Notes: generated by a model from the sequence alone, not told the origin. Shown: positions 26,269-39,499, counted from the stretch's first letter. The stretch: DNA of 64,000 nucleotides from Chiloscyllium plagiosum (GCF_004010195.1 NC_057750.1:10832601-10896600), one strand, 5' to 3'. Translations and numbers: made by a program.

Positions 26269-26425
26269 AGTGCTGTACTGGGTGTCTGAGCTCCATATGT
26301 ATGGACAGGGTCCCATGCAGAAGTTTGCATAATAGCCTTTAGGCTCATGGATCCACTTCCAGTTGAGATCCTTTCGGAAATCAATATACATGCGCCGTAC
26401 ACAGCAGTTCTTCTCCTCAGCAGAC
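26269..26425 (-). CDS. TGFB1: TGF-beta1 coding exon 6 (mature domain)
   Basis: Acceptor catag|G and donor ACT|GTAAGT; 157 nt. Reads [52 protein letters not shown]. Confidence 0.97.
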
Positions 26426-27549
26426 CTATGATGGTGCATATTATAGAGGGTTTTAGCAAAATGCTTTTCTCAGTTCGTCCTCCAGATCAACTGCATGGTC
26501 TGAGAATGATAGACTCTTCAATCTAGTCCTCATCCAAAAAACCTCACCTCCTGCCTATTTCCGAAACTTCCGCCAACCCAACAAGATTGCTGCACTCTGC
26601 CATTGCTGACCCTTTGTGCATCATCAGTTTTCATTGCTCCATCATTGCTTCAGAGAAGGTGATGGTGCAGTAGTAGTAATGTTACTGGACTAGTAGTGCA
26701 GAACCCTAAGAAATATGGTTCAAATCCTGTCATGACAGATGATGAATTTGAACTCAATACAATTCTGTATTGAAAAGCAGGTCTAATAGTGACAATGTAG
26801 CCACTGTTGTTTGTTATAGAAGTCCACCTGGTTCACTAATGCCCTTTAGGGAAGGAAATCTGCTGTCCTTACATGATTGTCCCAGTTTGGCACTACATGT
26901 GACTTTAGACCCTCAGCAATGTGTTTGACTCTTGATTTTCCCCTTAACAATGAACGCTGGACTTGCATGAATTGAATTTAAAAATTCTTTGGTAGCCTGG
27001 AGCCTAAACTTGGGATTCTCTCAGACCTTTGCGCCTTCTTTCTTTCTCTGTCCAATTCGAAATTCTAGCCACTTATACTAATTTCTCCACATGTAGCACA
27101 AGGTTTAATATAATCCAATCATAATGCAGTGAAGTACCTTGGGGAGTTTGTACTCCACCAAAGAAGCTATGTAAATTCAAATTATTGTTGTAGTACTTAC
27201 CAGTTGGCTCCCCTACAACACAAGTGCCAACTGTGGTCCTCAGGTTGGGGCTGAGATCAGCTAATTCTGGGATCTGGAACTTTGTTTAGGAGGAGGAGGG
27301 GGCTGTATGATCAACAGCAATTTTCAAACATGAGACTTTTTTAAATGGGGGGTAAGGGTTTCAAGGGATAGAAAAACACATCAGGTATAATCCAGTTCAC
27401 TCTCAGAATGGGTTTGAGGAGCTGACTGGCCTTCTCCAACTCCAGGACTAGCAGAGTCTAGGGACTGGAGCCGTGGCCTTCTGTTTGGATTGAATTGAAC
27501 GCACCATCACCACCATCACTATTGTTCGGATAGTTAAAGGGACACCTAC

Positions 27550-27688
27550 GCGAAGCAGTAGTCTGTGTCAAGGTCCCGTTTTCTTCTACTGTGAGTGTCA
27601 GCCCTGGTCGAAGGGGTGGACATGATAAGGATGTGTGCCATCTTCCGGTTCCGCTTTGCCAGGGCCTGCAAGTCCCCCCTTGGTGACT
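27550..27688 (-). CDS. TGFB1: TGF-beta1 coding exon 5 (RGD motif, furin site, start of mature peptide)
   Basis: Acceptor tttgacag|AG and donor TTCGC|GTAGGT; 139 nt. Reads ESPRGDLQALAKRNRKMAHILIMSTPSTRADTHSRRKR/DLDTDYCFA. Confidence 0.95.
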
Positions 27689-27819
27689 CTGTCAAACAAA
27701 AGAAAGTGATGGAATCCTCCTGAGAGATCATACATCCTGCCCTATCCCTATCCCAATTTCCATTCCCATTCCCCATTCTTGTTCCCATTCCCATGCTCTT
27801 TCTACATCCCTGATTCCAT

Positions 27820-28030
27820 ATATAAAGTAACAGATAACCAGGAGTGAGTTACAGACTACAGTCTAATCAAGGATTTGATGGCTTTATATAAATTGTAACA
27901 GATACCTGGGAGTGTGTTACAGACTTGAATCTAATCGCTCAGTTTAGATTTTTTATGGAATAACCGATACCTAGGAATGAGTTACAGACAGAAAGCTAAT
28001 TGAAGGGTTCAGGTTGCTAGTCTCTATGAG
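27820..28030. repeat. ~65-bp degenerate tandem repeat in TGFB1 intron 4
   Basis: About three units of gtaacagatacctgggagtgagttacagact...ctaatc; a (ccattc)n tract lies at 27740-27795. Confidence 0.7.
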
Positions 28031-28114
28031 GAACAAAGTAACAGTTTATTGGAAAAGTAAAATGATCCACATTATCTGGGACAAAGCTACATTACAGTTG
28101 GATGGTCTTATTAC

Positions 28115-28198
28115 CGTAGAATTTCAATTGAAGGCTTTTCTTCAGGTTGGAAGACTCACAGGAGCAGTGGACGCTGATCTTCAATCTTTGGTCAGTCT
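28115..28198 (-). CDS. TGFB1: TGF-beta1 coding exon 4 (LAP, CxC dimerisation motif)
   Basis: Acceptor ctttccttgcag|AG and donor TACG|GTAATA; 84 nt, phase 1 to 1. Reads ETDQRLKISVHCSCESSNLKKSLQLKFY, with HCSC as in TGF-beta1. Confidence 0.92.
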
Positions 28199-28639
28199 CT
28201 GCAAGGAAAGACAGGGTGAGGGAGGAGGCTGTTGTTCGCTGTGTAGAGAAAGTCAAATTCATTGGATAAAAGATTTTATTTTGGGTCACAATGTACACTT
28301 AACGAAAATTATTACAGCACAGCCAACAGCGTAAACCAACTGAGGTGTTTTGCAATCAATCCCGTTACAATTCCACACTAGTATTCAGTTCCATGTGTAA
28401 CTTCTCACATACTGAAGCACTCTGCACTCATATTAGGCAAGAACTGGATCACATTAGTCAGTAATGTTTGTAGCACAGAATTGACCATTTCCAACAAGAG
28501 ATATTGTATCCGTTGTCCCTTGCCATTACTGAATTCCCTACTGTCAACATCCTGGAGTTCATCAGAAATGTACAGACTTTATTGGTGATCAAAGATAGTC
28601 CAGTACCACAGATGAAGCAACTTTCCACATTCAATTCTG

Positions 28640-29130
28640 GTCTCCCTTCTATAGGAAAGGTGCTGTTAGAAAAGATTTACAAGGATGTTGCTGGATTGGA
28701 GGGTTTGAACTATAGGTAAAGGCTGAATAGTTCGGGACATTTTCCCTGAAGTGTTGGAGATTGAGAGGTGACCTTATAGAGGTTTACAAAGGGGCATGAA
28801 TAGGGTGAATAGCCAAGGTCTTTTTCTCAGGGTAAGGGAGTCCAGAACTAAAGGGCATAGGTTTAAGGTGAGAGGGGAAAGATTTAAAAGGGTCCTGAGG
28901 GGCAACTTTCTCACCCAATGATGCATGTATGGAATGAGCTCCCAGGGGAGATGGTGGAGGTGGATACAATTGCAACAGTTAGAAGGCGTCTGGATGGATA
29001 AATGAATCAGACAGGGTTTAGAGGGATATGGGCCAAATGCTGGCAAATGGGACTGGATCAGGTTAGGATATGTGGTTGGCATGGATTAGTATGGACCAAA
29101 GGGTCTGTTAACATGCTGTATGACTCTATG
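28640..29130 (+). mobile_element. CR1 LINE 3' fragment
   Basis: gggcataggtttaaggtgagaggggaaagatttaaa...gggtctgtt..catgctgtatgactctatg. Confidence 0.8.
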
Positions 29131-29924
29131 AAAAAGACATGGTGCCCTCAATCAAACTCCAGCATTAACCCCAAACTATCGGTGAATAATAAAGAGCACT
29201 TGTATTGTATAGTGCTGTTTCTAACCTCAGGAAATGGAGATTGCATATGAATTGTATTCACTTTTGTAATCCAGGAAATGCAGTAGCTAATGTGCACACA
29301 GCAAGCTCCCACAAACAGCAGTGAAATCATATTCAGAAAATCTGTTTTTAGTGATTCCAGTTGCTGGGATAAATATTGACCAGGACATCAGAGGATTCTC
29401 CCCACTTCTTTCTCATTGATAACTGCCCACAGGATCTTTTAGATGCAGATCTGATTTAAGGGCAAATAGGGTCTCACTTGAAAGTTGGAATCTGTGACAG
29501 TGCAGCACTCCCTCAATACTGCACTGCAGTGGGGGCTGTCATTCAACTCTAATCCGATAATCCGCTCCTGTGCACCTTTCACATATGTGGAAATTCTTGA
29601 ATCTACAGAAGGACAAATGGTTGATTTGTGGGTTCAGAATATTTATATTTAAAGTATTATGAACATTCTTTCATCACACAGTCTGCAGCTGTACTCAGCA
29701 GATGGAAACTTTTAGTTCAAATGACAGGGTTTCTAACATTCTATGGGAAGCAGAAATCCTAGGGATTAAACAAGAATTAGTTAGCATTATTGATCCACAC
29801 AAACCACAGAACATATTAACTCACAGAGATTCACACACTAAATGCGAGTATGGCACTTGGATTTGGAAGACGCCTGACTCCTAAGCCAATATCCTCATCT
29901 GCGCTTGGGAGTGAACATAAAACA

Positions 29925-30480
29925 GAATAAATAAGAATAAGAAGCCGTGCTGCCCCTCGAGTTCAATGTGATTGTAGTTAATCTTCTATTTCGATACCAT
30001 TTTTCTGCACTCTCCCATATCCTTAGCTATTTTTAATATCTAGAAATCTATTGATCTTTGTCTTGAACATATTCAATGATGGATCCTCCACAGCTCTTTG
30101 GGGTGCAGAATTTGAAAGATTCCAGATCCTCAAAATGAAGAAATTCCTCCTCAGCTCAATCCTAAATGGCCTATTCCTTTTTTTTTTGAGACTGTCTCCT
30201 CTGATTCTAGCCACCCAGCCTAGAGGGAAACATTCTGCCTGCATCTATCTTGTAAATCCCTGAAAGAATCTTATTTGAGAATGAGATCATTTCTCATTCA
30301 TCTCAACTCCAGAGAATACTGGTTCTGGATCAGTGGTGCTGGAAGAGCACAGCAATTCAGGCAGCATCCAACGAGCAGCGAAAACGACGTTTCAGGCAAA
30401 AGCCCTTCATCAGGAACCAGAGAATACTGGCCCAGTCTACTTAGTCTTCCCTCATCAGACAATAGCTTCATCCCATAATG
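29925..30480 (-). mobile_element. CR1 fragment carrying a 94-bp Penelope-like insertion (30323-30416)
   Basis: FRIELRRNFF...PQRAVE CR1 remnant; the insertion is bounded by ccagagaatactgg on both sides. Confidence 0.75.
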
Positions 30481-30929
30481 ACTTTGGTGAACCTTCATGA
30501 AGGTGCTGTGGACTACATGGATCATTAAGCATGGTGTCATTGCCCCACAGTGGCATCTCTTTGCAGCCGGTCCCTCACTCCTGGAACCATTCTGGTAAAT
30601 CCTTTCTGAACATGGTCTAATTCCTTCACATTCTGTCTAAAGTGCAGGGCTCAGAAGTCTTCATCAGATGTTGGAGACCAAACCTGACCTTTTTTTAAAT
30701 TTTAAAACTCATTCTTCAGATGCAAAAACACATTTATTTATCTTCTCTGATTCCCCAGTGTCCCATCTCCTTCAAATGGCTACAATAACAAACCAACACA
30801 CCATGAATTTTATTGTTACCTGTGTTTTATACAAAATTATAACTAAATCATTAATCAGATTTCAAATGAACTGTTACACCAGTGACATAACTAATATATC
30901 TCTATATCCTGTTAATGACTACCACAGAG

Positions 30930-31328
30930 GAGAAAGTGAGGACTGCAGATACTGGAGATCAGAGTCAAGAGTGTGTTGCTGGGAAAGCACTCGGGACCCT
31001 GCAACCACACAGGATAAATGTGAATTTCACTAGCTTCCTCATTTCTCCTTCGCCCACATTATCCCAGTCCCAAGCCACCAACTCGGCACTGCCCTCCAGA
31101 CCTGTCCATCACCTCCTCCTCCCCCCCCCCCCCCCGACCTATCACCTTCTCCCTCTCATTCATCCACCTATTGCTTTCTCAGCTACCTTCCTTTCAACCC
31201 CAGCCCCCTCTCATCCCCAGCCCACAAGCCTCATTCCTGATGAAAGGCTTATGCCCGAAATGTTGATTCTCCCGCACCTTGGATGCTGCCTGTCCCACTG
31301 TGCTTTCCCAGCAACAAACTCTCAATAT
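30930..31328. mobile_element. Penelope-like element 3' fragment with inverted terminus and 14-bp TSD
   Basis: Begins gagaaagtgaggactgcag...gtgttgctgggaaagcac and ends gtgctttcccagcaacaaactctc. Flanked by tgactaccacagag twice. Confidence 0.8.
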
Positions 31329-31339
31329 TGACTACCACA

Positions 31340-31590
31340 GAGTAAAGCCAGCTCTACACAATTAAATGCCCAATTTCAGCACAAACTCTCTCTAGACTGT
31401 CTCATCGAACACTTCCACAGCAGAGATAGGGTCGAAAATAGATTAAAGCTCCCTCTACACTGTCCCCATCAAACATACCTACACAGGTACAGCAGATACA
31501 GTTAGATACAGAGTAAACCTCCATACACACTGTCCCAAACACTCCCAGGACCTGGACAGCACGGAGTTATTTAGAGTGCAAAGCTCTCTC
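31340..31590 (+). repeat. ~65-70-bp satellite-like array
   Basis: ctctacactgtccccatcaaacatacc...gttagatacagagtaaa units; other arrays at 43700-43940, 54225-54690 and 62265-62510. Confidence 0.75.
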
Positions 31591-32113
31591 TTTTCTGCTC
31601 TAATCATTTCTACTGATTCCCCAATCTCACAGGCACATCCCACACTGAATTTAATGTTACAATGTGCTATGCTGGTCTTTCTTACTCTAGGGGAGATGTT
31701 GGCTTGTTGTCAATTTGTAGTTAAGTACAGGTGATCTATGAAAGTGACGCATTGAAACTCTCCAAACCCATTTCATGCTGGATCCACAAGATTAATAATC
31801 TTTTCTGCACTGAAATCTGGTGACCACTCTCTTTAAGGAAAAAAAGTCATAACATCAACTAGAAGCGGATTCTTCCTCCTATAAGTGTCTGGGGACTGTA
31901 AAGCATTTAGGAGCCTAGCCAGTGTAGCAGGTCAACTATGTGCAAAATAGCTACAGGTCCTACTTGATAACAGTGACTAACCCCAAAATAATTACTCCAT
32001 TTGTCAACAAGTGTTTCAGCATATGCGGAGGTCATGAAATACACAGTATGAACATAATGCTCCCTCTTTTATTCTCTCTCCGGAAACTGGAGTTCATCTC
32101 TGTCTCCTCTTAC

Positions 32114-32228
32114 CTTTATTCAACAGCCACTTTTTCACTGTCTCTGTTACATCAAATGAGATCCACTCTTCTTCCCCCTTGGTTTTCAGCAGGCGGTTGT
32201 CTAGATATGTGTTGGTATGTGAATCAAC
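32114..32228 (-). CDS. TGFB1: TGF-beta1 coding exon 3 (LAP)
   Basis: Acceptor taactcag|GT and donor AAAG|GTAAGA; 115 nt. Reads VDSHTNTYLDNRLLKTKGEEEWISFDVTETVKKWLLNK, containing the EW.SFDVT..V..WL motif. Confidence 0.95.
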
Positions 32229-34467
32229 CTGAGTTAAACAGTATGGAAACATCAAGAATAGTCTTGTCTGTAGCTTAAAGGCCATAGAACCCCTTCATCA
32301 CCCATCCATTAGACAATGGGAGTTGGTGGCACAATGGTAATGTCACAGTCTAGTTCATCAGAGGTACATAGGTTCACATTCCGCCAGAGGAGAATTTAAC
32401 TTAAATTACTTACTAATTATAATTAATACAGATCTAGAATATAAAGTTAAACTCAGTAATAGTGCTATGAAGCCACAGCCGATTGTTATAAAACTCACCT
32501 GGTTCATTAATGTCCTCCAGGGAGGGAAATCTGCCATCTTTACCCAGTCTGGCCTACATATGACTCCAGATCCACGGTGATGTGGTTGATTTTTAACTAC
32601 CCCCTGAAATGGCTGAGCATGCCAATCAATTCAAGCACAATTAGCGATAGGGAACATATGCTGGCCTTGCCAGTGACATTCACATTCCCATGAACAAATG
32701 TTTGAAATTGATTTCTGAACAGATCTGAATAAGATTTGTCATCTACAAGATGCAGTACAGCAACTCACCAAGATTCATCTGACAACACCTTCCAAACCTG
32801 CCACTTCTACCCTGATATAACGACAGGGCACCAAATACATGGGAACATCACCACCACAAGTTCAGTAAATAAACAGTAAATGCTGGCGGCAGCCAGTCTT
32901 ATGATAAATAAAAAAAATAGATTGGGACCCCTTTTCCGTTGTAAAGGAATGATCTGATAGAGTTCCTTAAAATCATGAAGAGGTGGGCATAGAAAACCTG
33001 CTTTTACTCATGGGAGAAGGTATCTGAAGTGAAGGGGCCATGAAAGATAATAATAACTAATAAATTCAGGAAAACAGTCGTTCTCGGAAAGTAGTCAGAT
33101 ATGGGTCTCCTTATCATAAGGAGGTGAATAGCAAAACAACATGTAAAGGAAGCTTGCTATGTACACAAGGGAAAAAGGAAGAAAAGGTTTTACACATATG
33201 TAAGAATATGTAATAATTAAAGTGGCTCAAGCATTGAAGCATAAAGTATAGAACTAGTATAGAACAGATGGTCCAAATGAATTTTTGAGCATTAAATCAT
33301 ACTCGTTTGTTTCTATTTAAATAAATAACACCCTGGTGTTTTCAATACAGGGATGCAAAGAAGATATTTATGACAAAATCACAGCTATTTAAAGATAAGA
33401 GGTCTTCCATTTAAAACAGAGGTGAGGACGATTTTTTCTCTTAACAGGTCTTGAGTCTTTGCAACTCACTTCCTCAGAAGGTGGTGGAAGCAGAGTCCTT
33501 GAATGTTTTTAAGGCAGAAGTGGATAGATTCTCATTAAGCAATGGGGTAGACAGGTATCAGGGATGAATAGGAACATGGAGTCACCAAATCAGCCATGAC
33601 CTTATCAAATGGAAGAGCAACCCTGAGGGGCTGAGTGGCCTACCTCTTACTTCCTATGTTTGTAATTCAGTAGTCCTGGCTCGCTGTTGGTCACAAGCTC
33701 CGAAAACTGATATAAACGGAGAAACCACTCTGAGTTATCAACCTGTCCCAATCCCAAAAAAAGATCTTGAGTTTCAATTAGCATAAACAACTCAGCAGTC
33801 ATCAAAATAACCTCACACCCAACTATCGAGATCTATGACTCAAGGTATGCAAACTCTATCCATTAGTCAACATCACTTAGAGAAAGAAAGATCTTGAACT
33901 TCTGTAGAGCTGTTCACAATCTCAGAATGTCCAAAGACCTTTGCAGCCAATTAAGTAATTCAGAAATGTTGTCACTGTATTCAATTTGCATGCAGCAAGC
34001 TTTACAAGCAATAGCCTGATCACAACTAGGTTATCTTTTTTTATTGATGCTGGTCGAGAGTTAATTATTGGTAAGAACTTCCATAAGTATCTTGCGGTCT
34101 TTTTTATCTGCTGAGGTGTAACATCAGTCTAACATAACAGCTGAAAGATAATTCCAAACAGTATGACATGCAGTGGCTCAGTGGGTAGCATTCCTGCTTC
34201 TGAGTCTGAACAAATCCCACTTCAGAACTAGAACAAACACATCCAGGTTAATGCTGCATGGCTGCAGGTGTCAGCTTTTGGAAGGGCTCTAAAACCAATG
34301 TTCCACCTGTCTTCTTGTGTGGATGTCCAAGATCCCATGAAACTATTGCAAAGAGGATCAAGGGAGTAATTCCCAGGTGTCCCCTCAATCATCAGATCAC
34401 TATCACATTGCTGACTGTGGGAGCTTACTGTGTGAAAACTGGCTGCTGTATTTCCAACATTATAATG

Positions 34468-34788
34468 GGATGGCATGGTGGCTCAGTGGTTAGCACTGTT
34501 GCCTCACAGCACCAGGGGCCTGGGTTCGATCCCTGCCTCGGGTTACTGTCTATGTGGAGTTTGCATGTTCTCCCCATGTCTGCATGTGTTTCTTCCGGGT
34601 GCTCTGGTTTCCTCCCACAGTCCAAAGATGTGCAGGTCAGGTGAATTGGTCGTGCCAAATTGCCCATGGTGTTAGGTGCATTAGTCAGAGGGAAATGAGC
34701 CTGGGTGGGTTAGTCTTCGGAGGGTTGGTGTGGACTTGTTGGGCCGAAGGGCCTGTTTTCACACTGTAGGAAATCTAATCTAATCTAA
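34468..34788 (+). mobile_element. HE1-like V-SINE inserted into a Deu-domain SINE (about 34165-34870)
   Basis: Full head, V-domain and tail ending (aatct)n. The Deu SINE is interrupted after ttccaacattataatgg and resumes at gcaactatgcttcaaag. Confidence 0.85.
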
Positions 34789-36379
34789 TGGCAACTATGC
34801 TTCAAAGTAGTTGCAAAGTGTTTTGATATGTCTAGTGGTCATGTATGTAGCTATACAAATACAAATTTTTCTTTTCAATTATGCTGGAATGTCCAGTTAG
34901 ATGATATGCTCATGTCTTTGAGGCAGGACCTGACTCATTGACCTGTGACTGAGAGGTGACAGTGTTGTCCTCAGTGTCACAGCCCGGGATGACAAATTCC
35001 TCCATCCATTCCCTCTCTGGAACCCCATCCAACTGTGCCTCAAATGCTCCCACACAGTCACTCCCAATTCCTGCCCTGGAAAGTTATCCTGCAATTCTGT
35101 CTGTAAAGGTCTCTGGACTACCCTTCTTTCTTGGGTTAATAGTTAACATCTGGGCTGAGACATTCCACCGTAATGCGAAGTGTGTGCAATCACTGTCACA
35201 GGTTCAGTCTTTCAGGTGAGACATTAAACCAGAGCCCTATGGACTTCTTGGATAGCAGTAGAACCCATGGAGCTCTTGAAAGAAATATATATTCTGGGCA
35301 ATTATCCATCAAAGACCATCACCAAAATGAATATACGCTCACAAGCCTTTGCTTTCTAATTTCCTCAACTTTAACTCATGGTTCTGAGTCTTCCCTGTAT
35401 TTAGATTCTAAATGCAAAAACTTAACAGCAGAATGACTGACTCACAATCCTCTGTGATGTTAATGCTGGTGGGTTACACCATCGCATGACATACAGAGGG
35501 ATGTTACAAAGGAAATGCCACAAATATGTGCTGCAGTGCTGAGCGCGCCTCTCCAGGTCATTTACAGTAACAAGACTAAATGTGCACCAGCTTCCTTTGT
35601 GGTTGCACAGAATGAGAAATGCCACTTCTATTTTGTTCAAACTTATACTAACAGTATTATGCTTGATGCATTTGGAACTGGTTAAGAATGATGAAGTTAT
35701 CAGCAGTTGCAATGCTGGGTGAAGAATTCTTGCAATTGTGGTTGCTTTCGACGGTTTCCCCACCTTATTTTAATAATATTTGCTATCAGTAGATTTAAAA
35801 AGACTTCCAATGTCATGGATTTTTTGCATATGGCGTTTTTACCCAACAATTCCTGGACGTACTCATTAGGGCCCAGAAGGAGGAAATTTGGCCCACAGAG
35901 ACCATCTTAAATGACTTCCTTTGGAGCTGTAATTACTTAATTAAATATATTCTAATACTTGTACATCTGTGGTTTCTAATTTCATCCAAGGAAGGGCATT
36001 TAAGAGTAACAGCCAAGTTGGGTAGATGAGTTACGATACATATCAGGCATGATCTAATTGAATAATGGAATAAGCTTCAGAGGCTGAATGGCCACTGACA
36101 ATGTTTTATGTTTTCATGGCAACTGCTGGGGTTGCACAATACTGGAGAGTTCTGTAAAGCAGTGTCAAGATTTAAAGATCCATTTCCAGATCCTGTGTGC
36201 CCTTTGAATGCTCGCAGCAGTCTATATTCCAGTGAATGCAATCTTTCACTCAGCAAACAAAATGCTAAAACGCAAATGACATAGCTGCCTTTTAAATAGA
36301 TTTTACAGATTGCAATGTGGACTACAGTAAACGGCGTTCATGACTGAAACTGCAGCAATCTTTCCTGATTAGGGCTTAT

Positions 36380-37010
36380 TTAGTCTTAGAGATCTACAGC
36401 ATAGAAAAAGGCCCCTCACCCCTTCAAATCTGTGCTGGTCAAAAAGAACCACCTAATATTCTATTCCAATTTTCCAGCTATAGGTTTACAGCCTTATATG
36501 CTTTGGCATTGCAAGGGCACATTTAAATACTTAAGTGTTAGGAGGGTTTCTACCTGTACCACCGTTACAGGCAGTGAATTTCACATACCCACCACACTCT
36601 GGATGAAACCATTTTCCTCACATCCCCTCTAAATCTCCTGCTATAGCCCTGGTCATTGATCCCTCCACCAAGGGAAGAATTTCTTCCTGTCTACTCTGTC
36701 TATGCACCTCATAATTTTATACATCTCAAATCAATCTCCCCTCCTCTAAGAAAAACAGCACCAATTTATCCAAACTTTCTTCATAACTGAAACTCTCCAG
36801 CCCAGGAACATTCTGGTAATTCTCCTCTGCACCCTCTCCAGTGCAATTACATCCTTCATATAGTATGGATTCCAGGATGCACACAATACTCTAGCTGTAG
36901 CATGTTCAACATTTTATATACAGTACTTCCAGCATAACCTTCCTGTTCTTAAACTCTATGTCTCAAGTAGTAAAGGCAAGTTTCCCATATGCTTTCTTAA
37001 TCATTTACTC
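36380..37010 (-). mobile_element. CR1 LINE 3' fragment
   Basis: tgcacacaatactc, tctcctctgcaccctctcca and ggcagtgaatttcac motifs shared with other CR1 copies. Confidence 0.7.
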
Positions 37011-37179
37011 TAGCTAAATACAGTAAATGCAGGAAGCAATACAAATTCTGGGGGTTGGAGCAATTCTAGCCACTTTGACAGGAAAATGATCTCTATTCTG
37101 ATCAAGAATTGCACTGTGATTCTGTGCGGCAAACTTCCTGCACATCGCTTCTCACCCACTTCTCCTGCTCATTCACCTA

Positions 37180-37406
37180 CAGGCAATCCCCGTGTGGCAA
37201 ATGGGTTCCATTTCTAGGTCTGTTCGCAAGTAGAATTTACACAAGTTGGAACACAATACAAGATGGTATAAAATAGCCATTCATGCATTTGAGGAAATGT
37301 TCACATGTTGGATCTTTATAACTAATATTAATATACCCTTGTAAGGGATCAAGTTCATAAGTATGTGCATTCTGAAGTCGGGTGTTCGTAAATCAGGGAC
37401 TGCTTG
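37180..37406. mobile_element. Tigger/pogo-like MITE
   Basis: TA|CAGGCAATCCCCG ... CAGGGACTGCTTG|TA: imperfect terminal inverted repeats with TA target duplication. Confidence 0.6.
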
Positions 37407-39499
37407 TAAATGTTCTCAATTCTGAAACTTCACACCCTAGGCACAAAGTACAGAATGAGCTGCTGTATAGTTCAGCATTTTCTACCAGATAAAAAGTGGA
37501 TGAAATGATTTATGATTAAAAATGTGTTTGAAATTTTCTGTTTCATGACTCAAGGCTAATATTTTAGGAATGAAGCTGGGACTAATAATGGGGATGATTT
37601 ATTCCTGTAATATTTATGTCTGTGCCGAAAGAAATGTGGTGCCATACTGAAGTCTTTCCAAATCTTTCCAAAGCTTCTACAATTCTAAGGACCTGCATCT
37701 AGATCTGATGCAAATACTCAATATCACAGTAATCATCCACATCGAACCATTGCCTACAACGGGAGTAGATTCGCCTATTTTTTAAGTACATTTAAGTCGT
37801 CACTGGACAAGCATATGGACGTACATGGAAGAGTGTAAATTAGATGGGCTTCAGATTGGTATGACAGGTCAGGGCAACAGAGGGCTGTAATGTTCTATGT
37901 TCTATGTACCCACTAACCAACATTTACACATGGACTGCAGCAGTTCATGAAGGCAGCTCACCGCCATCTTTTCAAGGGTAATAAATGCTAGCCCAATCAG
38001 CAATACCACAACTGCATATAAATATTTTTTAAATGATCTAGTTGAATGGCGGAGCAGGCTCAAGGGGATAAGTGGCCCATTCCTATGTTCCAAGCAGTAG
38101 ACAGAAAGTTAAGACCATTGACAAAAGCATTGGAGAAGAAATGAGGAGAAATGTTTTGCTAGAGCGGATTGCTGTGATCTAGATTACAGATCTGAGAGAG
38201 TGATGTACAAGGACTTTCAACATAATTTTCAAAAGGGAATTGGATAAATGCATGAAAAAGTGGGAAAATAATTTCCAGGCTTTATGAGGGGATTGGTACA
38301 AATTGGATAACTTTCTCAAAAGGGCTGGCACAGACACAACAAATGTCTTTTGTGATGCATTAAATCCATGAATGAAAACAGCTTGCGTTGTTCCCAGCTG
38401 GGTTCCAGCTAACTTTGTATGGGCCAAGTGATTAAACCTGGAATCTCCCTCCTGGATTGACATTTGCAGTTTGTAAGCCCAGTCTGTTCCAAGATGGAAT
38501 GCTTGCCAACAGCTTCTGTGCAAAGCTTCTCCATATCAACAGAAGCTCGACTGAAGTCAAGAGGGATTGTAGAGGACACACTGATGGTTCTGGGATTGCT
38601 GACAGCGCATGGAACACATTCTAACAAGACGTGCTGTGTAGGTTATAAATAGAACTTGGGCGCGGAGCCTCCCCATCTAAGGGTTGGAGATGGCTAAGAC
38701 TAGGGCTTGTGTCTGCCAGTTATCCTGTATATATTGGAGGCACAGTGGATGAGTGTTTTGTATGGACACACTGGGTCATGGACTTTGAAATTTGCTTCAA
38801 AAGTCCTTTCATTTGGTGATCTCATTAAGAACTTCCCCCATCCATCCCCTCCAATCCTGAGTAAATATTGCAGCCTGTCACCTCCGCACCATGGGCACCA
38901 GATATTTGCAATATTGTGATGTGCACCATCTTCACATGCAAGGAATGGCACAGGTCAATTCTGATGGTGGGTCTGCCAATTTTCCTCCTCACTATAACCC
39001 TCAAACATCCCACGACATAGTCCTGTAGCTGCAGTTCAGCAGGTAGCATCTGTATTGGGAGCCAGAATGTCATGGGTTCAAGCCCCATGCCACTGACCTG
39101 AGCACAAAACCTGAGTCAGGCATAGTCAGCACTGCGCTGTTGGAGGCCTGTCTTTCAGATATGCTATTGAACCAACACAAAGTTGGCCATCTGAAGTGGG
39201 CATTAAAAAAAAATCCTGTGATGGTATTCTGAGGATGACCAGGGAAGACCTCTCAGGGGTCATAGCTTCATCCAACATCAAAAGCAAAATTGGTGATCTG
39301 GTCATTACCACAATGCTGATTGTGGGGTCTTGCTGTGACCAAATCACATGTCATGTTCCCTCCATGACAACAGGGAATATGCATCAAAAGTGTTTAGTTG
39401 GCCACAAAGTGCTTTTGAATATCATGAAGGGCTCTGATAATGGGCTCCTGTCCTCTCGATTAGGATTATATTCACTTCCTCTGGGGGAGGAAGGGGATT

